A stretch of 32,000 nt of DNA, taken from Candidatus Saccharimonadota bacterium. GTDB taxonomy: Bacteria > Patescibacteriota > Saccharimonadia > Saccharimonadales > Saccharimonadaceae. The DNA is taken from NCBI RefSeq assembly GCF_025273655.1, contig NZ_CP045921.1:570001-602000 (forward strand), written 5' to 3'. Below the pieces are notes generated by a model. It had not been told where the DNA came from and did no database searches. It was given only the letters and a program-made list of their open reading frames with translations. Each line of letters opens with the position of its first letter. Position 1 is the first letter of the stretch. Position numbers and translations under genes: made by a program. Below, one piece after another: positions 1-8,050 of this stretch.

Positions 1-53
1 ATAAGCGTCGCGACGACAAGCACTACCGCCAGTTGTGTAAAAACATCCCCCAT
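1..53 (-). CDS. 5' end of an unidentified CDS running off the left edge (MGDVFTQLAVVLVVATL..., hydrophobic N-terminus)
   Basis: ATG at 53-51 (minus) with AGGAG (62-66 on plus coordinates) 8 nt upstream. Frame stays open to position 1. Too short to name. Confidence 0.35.
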   Translation of the reverse strand, partial: MGDVFTQLAVVLVVATL

Positions 54-281
54 CCGCTAGGCTCCTTTTTGTGTTGAGTGTAGCATTAGAACTATTGTAC
101 CATATGGCTTAATTATAAGATTCACCGCCTTACTATCTATAGTTCTCTGCGGTGGTTGTTTCGGTACAGGTATACTGGATGAGCACACAGCTGATGCGGC
201 AACGTTATGAAGTCAGCTACAAACTGTATACTTGTTCGTGCCAGACTAGCATGATGCGCATCCCAGATAGCCATGTCATAA

Positions 282-318
282 CATAAAATAAATACACCAC
301 CTTTTCAGATGGTGTATT
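282..318 (-). terminator. Rho-independent terminator downstream of fusA
   Basis: 9-bp stem AATACACCA/TGGTGTATT (291-299 / 310-318) followed on the minus strand by TATTTTATG. Lies 18 nt after the fusA stop. Confidence 0.7.
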
Positions 319-335
319 CCATGTTGATCAAAAGG

Positions 336-2426
336 CTACTTGCTGCGCTTTTCGATGATCTCCTGCGCGACGTTTGGCGGTACTTCTTCGTACTGCGCCA
401 GCTCCATAGTCGAAGCGGCACGACCTTGGCTCATCGAGCGCAGGTCACCGGTGTAGCCAAACATGCTCATGAGTGGCACAAACGCCTTGATAAGCTTGGC
501 GCCACCTTGTAGATCTTCCATGGCGTCGATACGGCCACGGCGGCTGTTGAGGTCACCGATCACGTCGCCCATGAAGTCTTCTGGAGTCGTCACTTCGACT
601 TTCATGACAGGCTCGAGCAGCACTGGCGTTGCTTTCTTGATACCTTCGCGGGTCGAGAGGCTACCGGCAAGTTTGAAGGCCAGCTCGCTCGAGTCGACAT
701 CGTGGTAACTACCATCGTAGAGCGTTGCTTTGACATCTACTACTGGGTAGCCAGCAATAACACCGCCTTCGAGGGTCTCTTTGACGCCCTGTTCGACAGG
801 CTTGCGGTACTCAGCTGGTACGACACCACCCTTGATTTCGTCGAAGAACTCAAAGCCTTTGCCGGGTTCGTTTGGTTCGAAACGGATCCAGACATCACCG
901 TACTGACCGCGTCCCCCAGATTGCTTGGCATGCTTACCTTGTGCTTCGGCAGTACCCTTGATCGATTCGCGGAATGCCACCTGCGGCGCACCGATGTTCG
1001 CCTCCACGTTGAATTCGCGTTTCATACGATCGATGAGGATGTCCAGGTGCAGCTCACCCATACCAGACATAATCGTTTGACCAGTCTCTTCGTCGGTGTG
1101 CACACGGAAAGTTGGGTCTTCTTCGGCTAGACGTTGCAGAGCGATACCCATCTTCTCTTGGTCGGCCTTGGTCTTTGGCTCGACGGCGATGGCAACTGGT
1201 GGCTCTGGGAATGTGATGCTTTCGAGAGCGATAGGATGCGCCAAGTCAGACAGTGTATGACCAGTAAACGTACTCTTGAGACCCACTACAGCTGCGATGT
1301 CGCCAGCTACAATCTGGTCAATTTCTTCGCGCTTGTCGGCGTGCATACGCACGATACGACCGACGCGTTCTTTTTCGCCGGTAGCCGTGTTAAGCACGTA
1401 GCTACCCGATTTGAGTACACCAGAGTAGACGCGTACGAAGATGAGCTTACCGACAAATGGGTCAGTCGCGATCTTGAACGCCAAGCCAGCCATAGGCTCT
1501 TTGTCGTCTGGCTTGCGGCTAATCTCGTTGCCAGTCTTAGGGTCAACACCCCAGATCTCGTCGACATCGAGTGGACTTGGCAGATAATCAGCCATGATAT
1601 CGAGCAGTTTCTCCACGATCACACCGCGACCGTCACCACCACTTACTAGGAAGAAGTCGCCAGCCAATACACGCTTACGCAGTGCTGCTTTGAGTTCTGG
1701 CTCAGTGATCGAATCTTCACCCTTGTCGAGGAAGCGCTCGAACAGTTCGTCGTCGGCTTCGACGGCCGCTTCGACGAGCAGGCTGCGTGCGTGCTTCGCC
1801 TTCTCAAGCATATCTGCTGGTATTTCACCCTGGATAAGCTCGTGGTCAGCGTAGTCATTGTATGTGTAGGCTTTCATGTCGACGAGATCGACCACACCGT
1901 TGATCTCTTTCTCAAACCCGATAGGCAGGTGCACTGGCAACGCGTGCTTGCTCAGGCGATTGTGGATTGTCTCGAGGCTCTTGTAGAAATCGCCACCAGT
2001 TTGGTTGATCTTGTTGATGAAGCAGATGCGAGGCACGCCATACTTGTTGGCCTGGCGCCACACGGTTTCGGACTGTGCTTCTACACCCATCTTGCCATCA
2101 AAAATCGTCACTGCGCCGTCGAGTACGCGCATAGAACGTTCTACTTCGGCAGTGAAGTCGATATGACCCGGCGTGTCGATGATGTTGATCTTGTGACCCT
2201 TCCAGAAACATGTCACAGCAGCAGAGGTAATAGTAATACCACGCTCTTTCTCCTGCGCCATCCAGTCAGTGGTAGCACCGTCACCCTCGCCGCGGACAAC
2301 GCCAATTTTGTGTGTCAGACCTGTGCGGTACAGGATACCTTCTGTAGTAGTGGTCTTACCTGCGTCGATGTGCGCGATAATACCGATGTTGCGATAGTTT
2401 TGGAGGGGGACTGTTTTCTCTGCCAT
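336..2426 (-). CDS. fusA: Translation elongation factor G
   Basis: 696-aa ORF with GTPase motifs [14 protein letters not shown] and NKID-like NKIN. Full-length EF-G architecture. Confidence 0.97.
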   Translation of the reverse strand: MAEKTVPLQNYRNIGIIAHIDAGKTTTTEGILYRTGLTHKIGVVRGEGDGATTDWMAQEKERGITITSAAVTCFWKGHKINIIDTPGHIDFTAEVERSMRVLDGAVTIFDGKMGVEAQSETVWRQANKYGVPRICFINKINQTGGDFYKSLETIHNRLSKHALPVHLPIGFEKEINGVVDLVDMKAYTYNDYADHELIQGEIPADMLEKAKHARSLLVEAAVEADDELFERFLDKGEDSITEPELKAALRKRVLAGDFFLVSGGDGRGVIVEKLLDIMADYLPSPLDVDEIWGVDPKTGNEISRKPDDKEPMAGLAFKIATDPFVGKLIFVRVYSGVLKSGSYVLNTATGEKERVGRIVRMHADKREEIDQIVAGDIAAVVGLKSTFTGHTLSDLAHPIALESITFPEPPVAIAVEPKTKADQEKMGIALQRLAEEDPTFRVHTDEETGQTIMSGMGELHLDILIDRMKREFNVEANIGAPQVAFRESIKGTAEAQGKHAKQSGGRGQYGDVWIRFEPNEPGKGFEFFDEIKGGVVPAEYRKPVEQGVKETLEGGVIAGYPVVDVKATLYDGSYHDVDSSELAFKLAGSLSTREGIKKATPVLLEPVMKVEVTTPEDFMGDVIGDLNSRRGRIDAMEDLQGGAKLIKAFVPLMSMFGYTGDLRSMSQGRAASTMELAQYEEVPPNVAQEIIEKRSK

Positions 2427-2498
2427 AGCGGCGTCACTTTTCCTTCTTTAGATTATTACTTACCTATTTTTTGCCATAAAAAATAGCTCTTACTTATC

Positions 2499-2507
2499 AT
2501 TATAGCA
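2499..2507 (-). promoter_or_regulatory. Candidate extended -10 promoter (TGCTATAAT) for fusA
   Basis: Minus strand reads cTGcTATAAT about 70 nt upstream of the fusA ATG. No convincing -35. Confidence 0.4.
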
Positions 2508-2532
2508 GATTTCACGCTAATTTGCCAGGCAA

Positions 2533-3189
2533 CTATATCTCGTCATTTAACTTGCGGAGCGCCTCATCCCAATCTTGCGGAGGAGTGTCGAATTGCAGCT
2601 CCATCTGCTGGAGTGCCGTTTCGTGCAAATACCGCTCATGAGCTTGCCAAGCCGCGCGAATCACCACACCGCACCCAACTCTAAACATACGTTGCTTTGA
2701 TACATCAGGCACCACTGCAGACTCCACTCCTTCAATTCTCTGCTCCGCTTCTTCGCCTGCGAGTAGTATGCCTCTCTCTGCATAGCTAACTAATTTAGAC
2801 GCCAACACATGACGATCTTGTAGCGCATCATCAGTTTCGCGTGTTTCCGGCAGATCAAGTGTGAACGAATCGAGCGGAACAAGGTTGCCGTGAAGCTTCG
2901 GGACGAGCAGACCGCCAAATGCCGCTCCCGCTATCGCAACCCGAGCGCCTGCTAGACCCTCTTCTGTTGCGCTCTCTGACATTCTGTCCATTTCCACTAA
3001 CGTTATGCCGATTGAAGTCACAAATGTGTTCATAAAAGTTTTGAAAGCCAACGAATTATGCATACCTCGCTGAATACTACCCTGCATGGCGTCAGGAGAT
3101 ACGATATGTTCTTGCCACACAATCTCTTCTACGGCTGCCTCGTATTCTACATGTGTTGGTAGTGGGTATTCAAATCGTGGCACACTCAT
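2533..3189 (-). CDS. Hypothetical protein, 218 aa, no family recognised
   Basis: Long ORF with a consensus promoter immediately upstream. No recognisable motif. Confidence 0.7.
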   Translation of the reverse strand: MSVPRFEYPLPTHVEYEAAVEEIVWQEHIVSPDAMQGSIQRGMHNSLAFKTFMNTFVTSIGITLVEMDRMSESATEEGLAGARVAIAGAAFGGLLVPKLHGNLVPLDSFTLDLPETRETDDALQDRHVLASKLVSYAERGILLAGEEAEQRIEGVESAVVPDVSKQRMFRVGCGVVIRAAWQAHERYLHETALQQMELQFDTPPQDWDEALRKLNDEI

Positions 3190-3197
3190 TGCGAGGT

Positions 3198-3225
3198 ATT
3201 ATACTCCTCATGTTATCGCTGTCAA
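3198..3225 (-). promoter_or_regulatory. Sigma70-type promoter TTGACA-16-TATAAT, 8 nt from the ATG at 3189
   Basis: Minus strand: TTGACA gcgataacatgaggag TATAAT acctcgca ATG. Confidence 0.6.
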
Positions 3226-3236
3226 AAGTAGCCATG

Positions 3237-3770
3237 CTACTCCCCAGCCAGCAACTTGATCGCCACCACCCCAATACCAATACTCAGTTCCGCCAAGCTA
3301 ATCAAGAGTACCTTGCCAAAAGAATCATAAATTCGTCGACTTCCCATAACCGAAAAAAGAAAGAGCGACAGCAGTAGCACAACCATCGACGCAAACAACG
3401 CGCGCTTGAGCTCCAATATGCCAAACGCACTCAATATCACTAGTATCGATGGTACGACAGCCGGCGCCAGTAGCCCAGATGCTGCAAAAAAGATCTTGCG
3501 ATATTCGCTGAGCGGCATACCCTTTGCGTGGACTGCCCTGTACGACATACGCGCCGACATAAGTGTTGCCAGCCATAACGCAGCTACCGTTCCAATAATA
3601 GTAGCCAGCGCGCCACCCTGCGAATGATGCACTGCTCCATGCCAGAGCGCTACTACCACAGCTAGCAACGTTATAGTCGAGTAGATACGCTCCTTGGTGT
3701 TTTCTGCAAACTGCTCACGTGCCTCTAGCGGCAAATCTTCGAAGCGTTGTTCTCTACGACGTCGTTCCAT
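3237..3770 (-). CDS. Integral membrane protein, 177 aa, unassigned
   Basis: Charged N-terminus followed by about 4 hydrophobic helices. TACAAT box (3777-3782) 6 nt upstream of the ATG. Confidence 0.75.
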   Translation of the reverse strand: MERRRREQRFEDLPLEAREQFAENTKERIYSTITLLAVVVALWHGAVHHSQGGALATIIGTVAALWLATLMSARMSYRAVHAKGMPLSEYRKIFFAASGLLAPAVVPSILVILSAFGILELKRALFASMVVLLLSLFLFSVMGSRRIYDSFGKVLLISLAELSIGIGVVAIKLLAGE

Positions 3771-3823
3771 ATGCTTATTGTAGCAGACGCTCCCTTATGT
3801 GTAGTTTGGGATATACTGGTAGT

Positions 3824-4351
3824 ATGCGCACCACTATGCAACGATTCGACGACCGCGTTACCCACCAGATACAAGCCTGGCCACGACAATGGCGCGGATA
3901 TTTCAAACAAATGACACTCATAGGTCAACCCGTGTTCGCACTACTTGCCGCGGCGGCCGTCTCCTACTACGGCGAATACTCTCACGTATGGCAGCTTATG
4001 ATTGCGGGAGTTGTTGTCGCCCTCTCCGCCCTACTTGCGAGTAGCCTCAAACTCGTACTGCGCCGCAAACGTCCGCTCACCGACTATGCTGCTGCTATGT
4101 TTTTCAAGACATATAGCTTTCCGAGTGGTCATGCGGCGGCCTCCATATCGTGCTATGGCCTCGTCGTATATTTGTGTCTCGCATCTGGCAATCCGCTCAT
4201 CGTCGCCACGGGCGTACTCCTCATACCAGTAGTATTGTCGATCGGTGTCTCGCGTGTCTACTTGGGCGCACACTTTCCCAGCGATATCATTGGGGGCTGG
4301 TTTTTCGGCGGACTCGGCCTTGCGCTCGCCATATGGGTGCTGCGGCTATGA
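3824..4351 (+). CDS. PAP2-family lipid phosphate phosphatase (membrane)
   Basis: PAP2 motifs KLVLRRKRP, PSGH and SRVYLGAHFPSD. Start moved to ATG 3824 because the track start at 3719 overlaps the divergent gene. TATACT (3812-3817) lies 6 nt upstream. Confidence 0.85.
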   Translation: MRTTMQRFDDRVTHQIQAWPRQWRGYFKQMTLIGQPVFALLAAAAVSYYGEYSHVWQLMIAGVVVALSALLASSLKLVLRRKRPLTDYAAAMFFKTYSFPSGHAAASISCYGLVVYLCLASGNPLIVATGVLLIPVVLSIGVSRVYLGAHFPSDIIGGWFFGGLGLALAIWVLRL

Positions 4352-5190
4352 ACATCGTCCTCGTCTACAATCCCCGCTCCGGCACAGCTCTACCGCTTGA
4401 AGCATTGCGAGAGAAATGTAGTGCACATGATATTACGATTGAACATGCTGTCGATATCACCGATGGTTTTCCTGCAAACCTCACGCCACACATTGCTCCC
4501 GGAGCCCATATTGCGGCTATCGGTGGCGATGGCACGCTGAGTTCGGTTGCACAGCAACTGCACGATACAGAGGTGATATTTGTTCCACTCCCAGGCGGCA
4601 CGCTTAACCACTTCACGAAAGACGCGGGCATTTCGCAAGATCTAGACGAAGCACTCGCTACCCTAGCTCACGCTACGCCACGTCACGTAGACGTCGGATC
4701 GGCTAACGGTCGGATCTTCCTCAACAATTCGAGTCTCGGCATCTACCCTACGTCGCTGCGTACGCGCGAAGTGCTGCAAGGTCGACTCGGTAAATGGCCC
4801 TCGGCCGTACTTGCCGTACTGCAAGCCTTGATCAAATTCAAACTCTACACCGTTACCATGGAAGGTGAGACATTTCGCACGCCGTTCATCTTCATCGGCA
4901 ACAATGACTACCATATCGGCAACGGCGGGCAGCGCACCTCACTCACCAGCGGCAAGCTCTGCGCCTATGCCATCCGCTCACCACGACGCAGTACGCTGGT
5001 GACCCTCTTTTTCTACGCGCTGTTTCGTCGCCTCCGTGACGCAGACGAATTCATCGTGCATAGCGACTCGTCACTCACTATCGCCACCAAACGCTCCCGC
5101 ATTTCCGTCTCTGCCGACGGCGAAGTACTTCGTCTGGATGCCCCGCTGGAATACAAATGCCTCGCAGGCAAACTCACAATCCTTGGCTAA
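4348..5190 (+). CDS. Diacylglycerol/lipid kinase catalytic-domain protein (YegS/BmrU-like)
   Basis: N-terminus MNIVLVYNPRSG, GGDGT motif, and PLPGGTLNHF corresponding to the usual GTGNDF loop. ATG 4348 overlaps the PAP2 stop as ATGA. Confidence 0.85.
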   Translation: MNIVLVYNPRSGTALPLEALREKCSAHDITIEHAVDITDGFPANLTPHIAPGAHIAAIGGDGTLSSVAQQLHDTEVIFVPLPGGTLNHFTKDAGISQDLDEALATLAHATPRHVDVGSANGRIFLNNSSLGIYPTSLRTREVLQGRLGKWPSAVLAVLQALIKFKLYTVTMEGETFRTPFIFIGNNDYHIGNGGQRTSLTSGKLCAYAIRSPRRSTLVTLFFYALFRRLRDADEFIVHSDSSLTIATKRSRISVSADGEVLRLDAPLEYKCLAGKLTILG

Positions 5191-5191
5191 A

Positions 5192-6055
5192 TCATGCGCT
5201 CCGCCGCACCGGTGCTCGGCTCGTTAAACCGGCATGGTGCGCCGCAACTGCTTCTGTCATAAAGTTCAAAAACTTATACTCTGAGCGTGTGAGGTCATGG
5301 TTATTCGCATCCGCTATCACCAGGGACAGCAGGTAATTCACCTTTTCCGCCAAAGTCTCACCACTATGTAACTGTGTCACCTTTGAAGCTTTTTCTATAA
5401 TTGGATTAAGCGTGAGAATAGTGATACACTCATCGTATACTTTTTGCGTAGGCACTAGTTTTTGCTGAATCGGCAGTTTATCTTGTCCTGTATAGAAATA
5501 GCTATCATGGTTAAACTTCTTTTTCGCCGACTGCTCTTCGCGTGGGGAAGCCGGATACAACAGCAAGTCTGGACGCTTCATGCGCGCAGATAGACACAGT
5601 ACAGCCACCTCCGCCATGCGCCACTGCGGCGGCTCCTCGATGCTCAGTGGCCGTTGATACTGCAGTGCACTGCCCAAGCTCTTGTAAACACCTTCGCAAT
5701 CTTCGTCGCTAACAGTCTCTCCTGTCGCACGCCTCATGAGCAATGGCATGTAACTACCAAGTGTCAACGCACCCAACCTCAGATCTTCTGTCGAATCAGC
5801 ATGTTGCATGATATTGCCGAGTAGCATATGCGCTATGTCGAAGTAATACTGTATCAGCTCGCGATCATCAAGCTCATTAATTGCGTACTCAACATGATTC
5901 CATGCCGAATGAAAAAGACCCGGCGGCATGCGTCGGGTCTCATAGCGCCTCATAGCAGCATCGGCGAGCTGCGGCGAGATTTGCTCTGCAAGCGGGCGTG
6001 GAGCACAGTCTTCGAACAGTTTATCCTCCACAACCTGCCGATCAATTTCGCTCAT
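5192..6055 (-). CDS. Hypothetical protein, 287 aa, no family recognised
   Basis: Long ORF with promoter TTGACA-18-TATAAC 7 nt upstream of the ATG. Its stop is 1 nt from the convergent kinase stop. Confidence 0.7.
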   Translation of the reverse strand: MSEIDRQVVEDKLFEDCAPRPLAEQISPQLADAAMRRYETRRMPPGLFHSAWNHVEYAINELDDRELIQYYFDIAHMLLGNIMQHADSTEDLRLGALTLGSYMPLLMRRATGETVSDEDCEGVYKSLGSALQYQRPLSIEEPPQWRMAEVAVLCLSARMKRPDLLLYPASPREEQSAKKKFNHDSYFYTGQDKLPIQQKLVPTQKVYDECITILTLNPIIEKASKVTQLHSGETLAEKVNYLLSLVIADANNHDLTRSEYKFLNFMTEAVAAHHAGLTSRAPVRRSA

Positions 6056-6062
6056 GCGTCTA

Positions 6063-6092
6063 GTTATACCGTAAGCATTTCATGATTGTCAA
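6063..6092 (-). promoter_or_regulatory. Promoter TTGACA-18-TATAAC for the 287-aa ORF
   Basis: Minus strand: TTGACA atcatgaaatgcttacgg TATAAC tagacgc ATG. Preceded by a weak hairpin plus TTTTTGTT that may terminate rpsG. Confidence 0.55.
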
Positions 6093-6145
6093 CAAAAATA
6101 CCCCAGAAAATCCAGGGTACTTTCGTAAAGATGCTTCTAGCAGTA

Positions 6146-6625
6146 TTAGCCGCGAGCGAAGTGCGCAAATGCGCGGTTGGCTTCAGCCATCTTGTGGGTG
6201 TCTTCTTTCTTCTTGAAAGCAGCACCGGCTTCGTTGTGTGCGTCGATGATCTCGAGCGCAAGACGTCGGCTATATGGCATACCGCTACGAGCACGTGCGC
6301 TCTGGACTAGCCAGCTAAACGCATAGTGGTGCTGACGGTGACCAGCGACTGGGAACGGAATCTGGTAGTTTGCACCACCGACACGACGAGATTTGACCTC
6401 GAAGTTTGGTGATACGTTCTTGAGTGCCTTCTCGAACACTTCGAGCGGATCTTCGCTCTTGAGCTCTTTGGCGGCCTGCTCGAGTGCCGCGTAGACAGCG
6501 CGCTCTGCAGTCAGTTTTTTGCCGTCGAGCATCGACTTGTTGATCAAACGCTGTACGAGTACAGACTGGTACTTGCGATCTGGTTTGAGGTCGCGCTGAA
6601 GTTTCTTAGTAACTTTTCGTGGCAT
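6146..6625 (-). CDS. rpsG: 30S ribosomal protein S7
   Basis: 159-aa ORF with typical S7 sequence (MPRK..., PNFEVKSRRVGGANYQIP). ATG overlaps the rpsL stop by 1 nt (TAATG). Confidence 0.97.
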   Translation of the reverse strand: MPRKVTKKLQRDLKPDRKYQSVLVQRLINKSMLDGKKLTAERAVYAALEQAAKELKSEDPLEVFEKALKNVSPNFEVKSRRVGGANYQIPFPVAGHRQHHYAFSWLVQSARARSGMPYSRRLALEIIDAHNEAGAAFKKKEDTHKMAEANRAFAHFARG

Positions 6626-7038
6626 TACTTAGTCTCCTTCTTTGCGCCGTACTTAGAACGACCCTGAGCACGCTTGCTCACACCCTGGAGGTCGAGTGCA
6701 CCACGAACGATATGGTAACGCACACCTGGAAGGTCTGGCACGCGGCCGCCGCGTACGAGCACTACGGCGTGCTCCTGCAGGTTGTGACCTTCACCGCCGA
6801 TGTAAGCCCAAACCTCTTGGTTGTTGGTCAAGCGAACACGGGCAACTTTACGAAGCGCTGAGTTCGGTTTCTTTGGGGTTTTGGTAGTAACACGAATACA
6901 AACACCACGTTTGAGTGGGGCGTTCTGATCGTAGTAGCGCACTTTGAGTGCGTTGTGGATGCGACCAAGCGCTGGAGACTTCGACTTTTTCGCCGCGGTC
7001 TTGCGTGGTTTGCGCACCAATTGATTGATGGTTGGCAT
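6625..7038 (-). CDS. rpsL: 30S ribosomal protein S12
   Basis: [12 protein letters not shown]..., [17 protein letters not shown] and DLPGVRYH motifs. 137 aa, longer than the 124-aa E. coli protein. Confidence 0.97.
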   Translation of the reverse strand: MPTINQLVRKPRKTAAKKSKSPALGRIHNALKVRYYDQNAPLKRGVCIRVTTKTPKKPNSALRKVARVRLTNNQEVWAYIGGEGHNLQEHAVVLVRGGRVPDLPGVRYHIVRGALDLQGVSKRAQGRSKYGAKKETK

Positions 7039-7065
7039 AAAATGCAGTACTCCCTTGGTTGCGTC

Positions 7066-7134
7066 ATCCTGAACTTGATTCAGGATCCAATATATTAGCT
7101 ATTAACCGATTGGATTCCGGATCAAGTCCGGAAT
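7066..7134 (-). promoter_or_regulatory. Structured rpsL 5' leader: twin hairpins inside a 69-nt quasi-palindrome
   Basis: Hairpin 7066-7086 (ATCCTGAA/TTCAGGAT, loop CTTGA). Hairpin 7114-7134 (ATTCCGGA/TCCGGAAT, loop TCAAG). Alternative helix GGATCCAAT (7083-7091) / ATTGGATTCC (7109-7118). Confidence 0.5.
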
Positions 7135-7274
7135 GACCGTTGCTATACTTGTACGATTTGGATTCAGCATCTCCGCCTCGTGTCTTACTTTTTGCTGCAG
7201 GCCTGCGTGTACACATTCTTGTCGCATTCATGCTCAAAAAGAGGAAACTCATCTGCTAGTGTAGCAAAAAACAG

Positions 7275-7315
7275 CGTAAAACGCAAACCGCTCTGCCTAC
7301 ATAAGACAGAGCGGT
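7275..7315 (-). terminator. Rho-independent terminator after the small-ORF region
   Basis: 9-bp stem ACCGCTCTG/CAGAGCGGT (7287-7295 / 7307-7315), followed on the minus strand by TTGCGTTTTACGCTGTTTTTTG. Confidence 0.65.
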
Positions 7316-7420
7316 TGCTGTGTTTGTTCGAAGTAGCCCCACCGAGGGGCTGCGAGCCCTTGGACGCCGTTGTCCATGAGCGAGCTCCTTCGGTGGGCAT
7401 ATACCCACGGATTCTTACAA

Positions 7421-7690
7421 CTAGCTGGGGATACTGAGCACATCGAATTTCAGCATGCCTGCCTGACTCAGGATAACCTTAGCCTCTGCGCCACGCTGAG
7501 CCACAGGATCTCCGTTCATCGGAACCTTGCCACATGTGCGCGCAGCATGGCGCATCTGATGCAGCAGCATCACTAAACGCAGTGGATCACAGTGCTCGAA
7601 TGCGCTTTCTACGTCTTCATCGCCCAGCACATGAGTCGAGCCTTCGACTAGATCCATCAGGCGCTCTGTAACGCCAGTGTACTTACCCAT
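7421..7690 (-). CDS. Hypothetical small protein, 89 aa
   Basis: ORF with AGGAGTG 6 nt upstream of the ATG. No family recognised. Confidence 0.6.
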   Translation of the reverse strand: MGKYTGVTERLMDLVEGSTHVLGDEDVESAFEHCDPLRLVMLLHQMRHAARTCGKVPMNGDPVAQRGAEAKVILSQAGMLKFDVLSIPS

Positions 7691-7719
7691 ACCGCACTCC
7701 TATCTATCGAGTTTGCGTA

Positions 7720-7929
7720 TCACGCCGCTGAATTGGTCGACTTTGCGTCGTCAAACGGTTCAGTGTCGTGAATGGGAGTGATATCGAGCAGCTGTTTGCC
7801 CGAATCTTCTGCGTGTCGCACCTGATTGAGCATTGCCCAGGTGATCTCTTCTACAGTTACCGTACTTTGACGGCTTTTGCATATGAGTGACATATCGTAT
7901 CCAATCTGTGTTCTTACCGTGTGGTACAT
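7720..7929 (-). CDS. Hypothetical small protein, 69 aa (start uncertain)
   Basis: ORF only. No SD or well-placed -10. A perfect palindrome lies 20 nt upstream. Confidence 0.4.
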   Translation of the reverse strand: MYHTVRTQIGYDMSLICKSRQSTVTVEEITWAMLNQVRHAEDSGKQLLDITPIHDTEPFDDAKSTNSAA

Positions 7930-7948
7930 ATCTATCGTACGACACGCT

Positions 7949-7967
7949 CATGGTTGTTTCAACCATG
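7949..7967. promoter_or_regulatory. Perfect 8+3+8 palindrome CATGGTTG-TTT-CAACCATG (candidate operator)
   Basis: Read directly. Sits between the rpoC terminator and the 69-aa ORF. Confidence 0.4.
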
Positions 7968-7995
7968 CGTGAGCAAACTACAACGCTTCTTCAGG

Positions 7996-8031
7996 CAATA
8001 TAAATCCGCCTCCCTTATGAGAGGCGGATTT
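7996..8031 (-). terminator. Terminator hairpin downstream of rpoC
   Basis: 11-bp stem AAATCCGCCTC/GAGGCGGATTT (8002-8012 / 8021-8031). The minus-strand tail ATATTGCC is only moderately T-rich. Confidence 0.55.
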
Positions 8032-8050
8032 ACTCTGCGTCCTTAGAAAA

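Noticed and set aside
7185-7400. 71-aa minus-strand ORF upstream of rpsL.
   Set aside because: It has no SD, reads straight through the terminator hairpin (7287-7315) and the T-tract, and has implausible composition.
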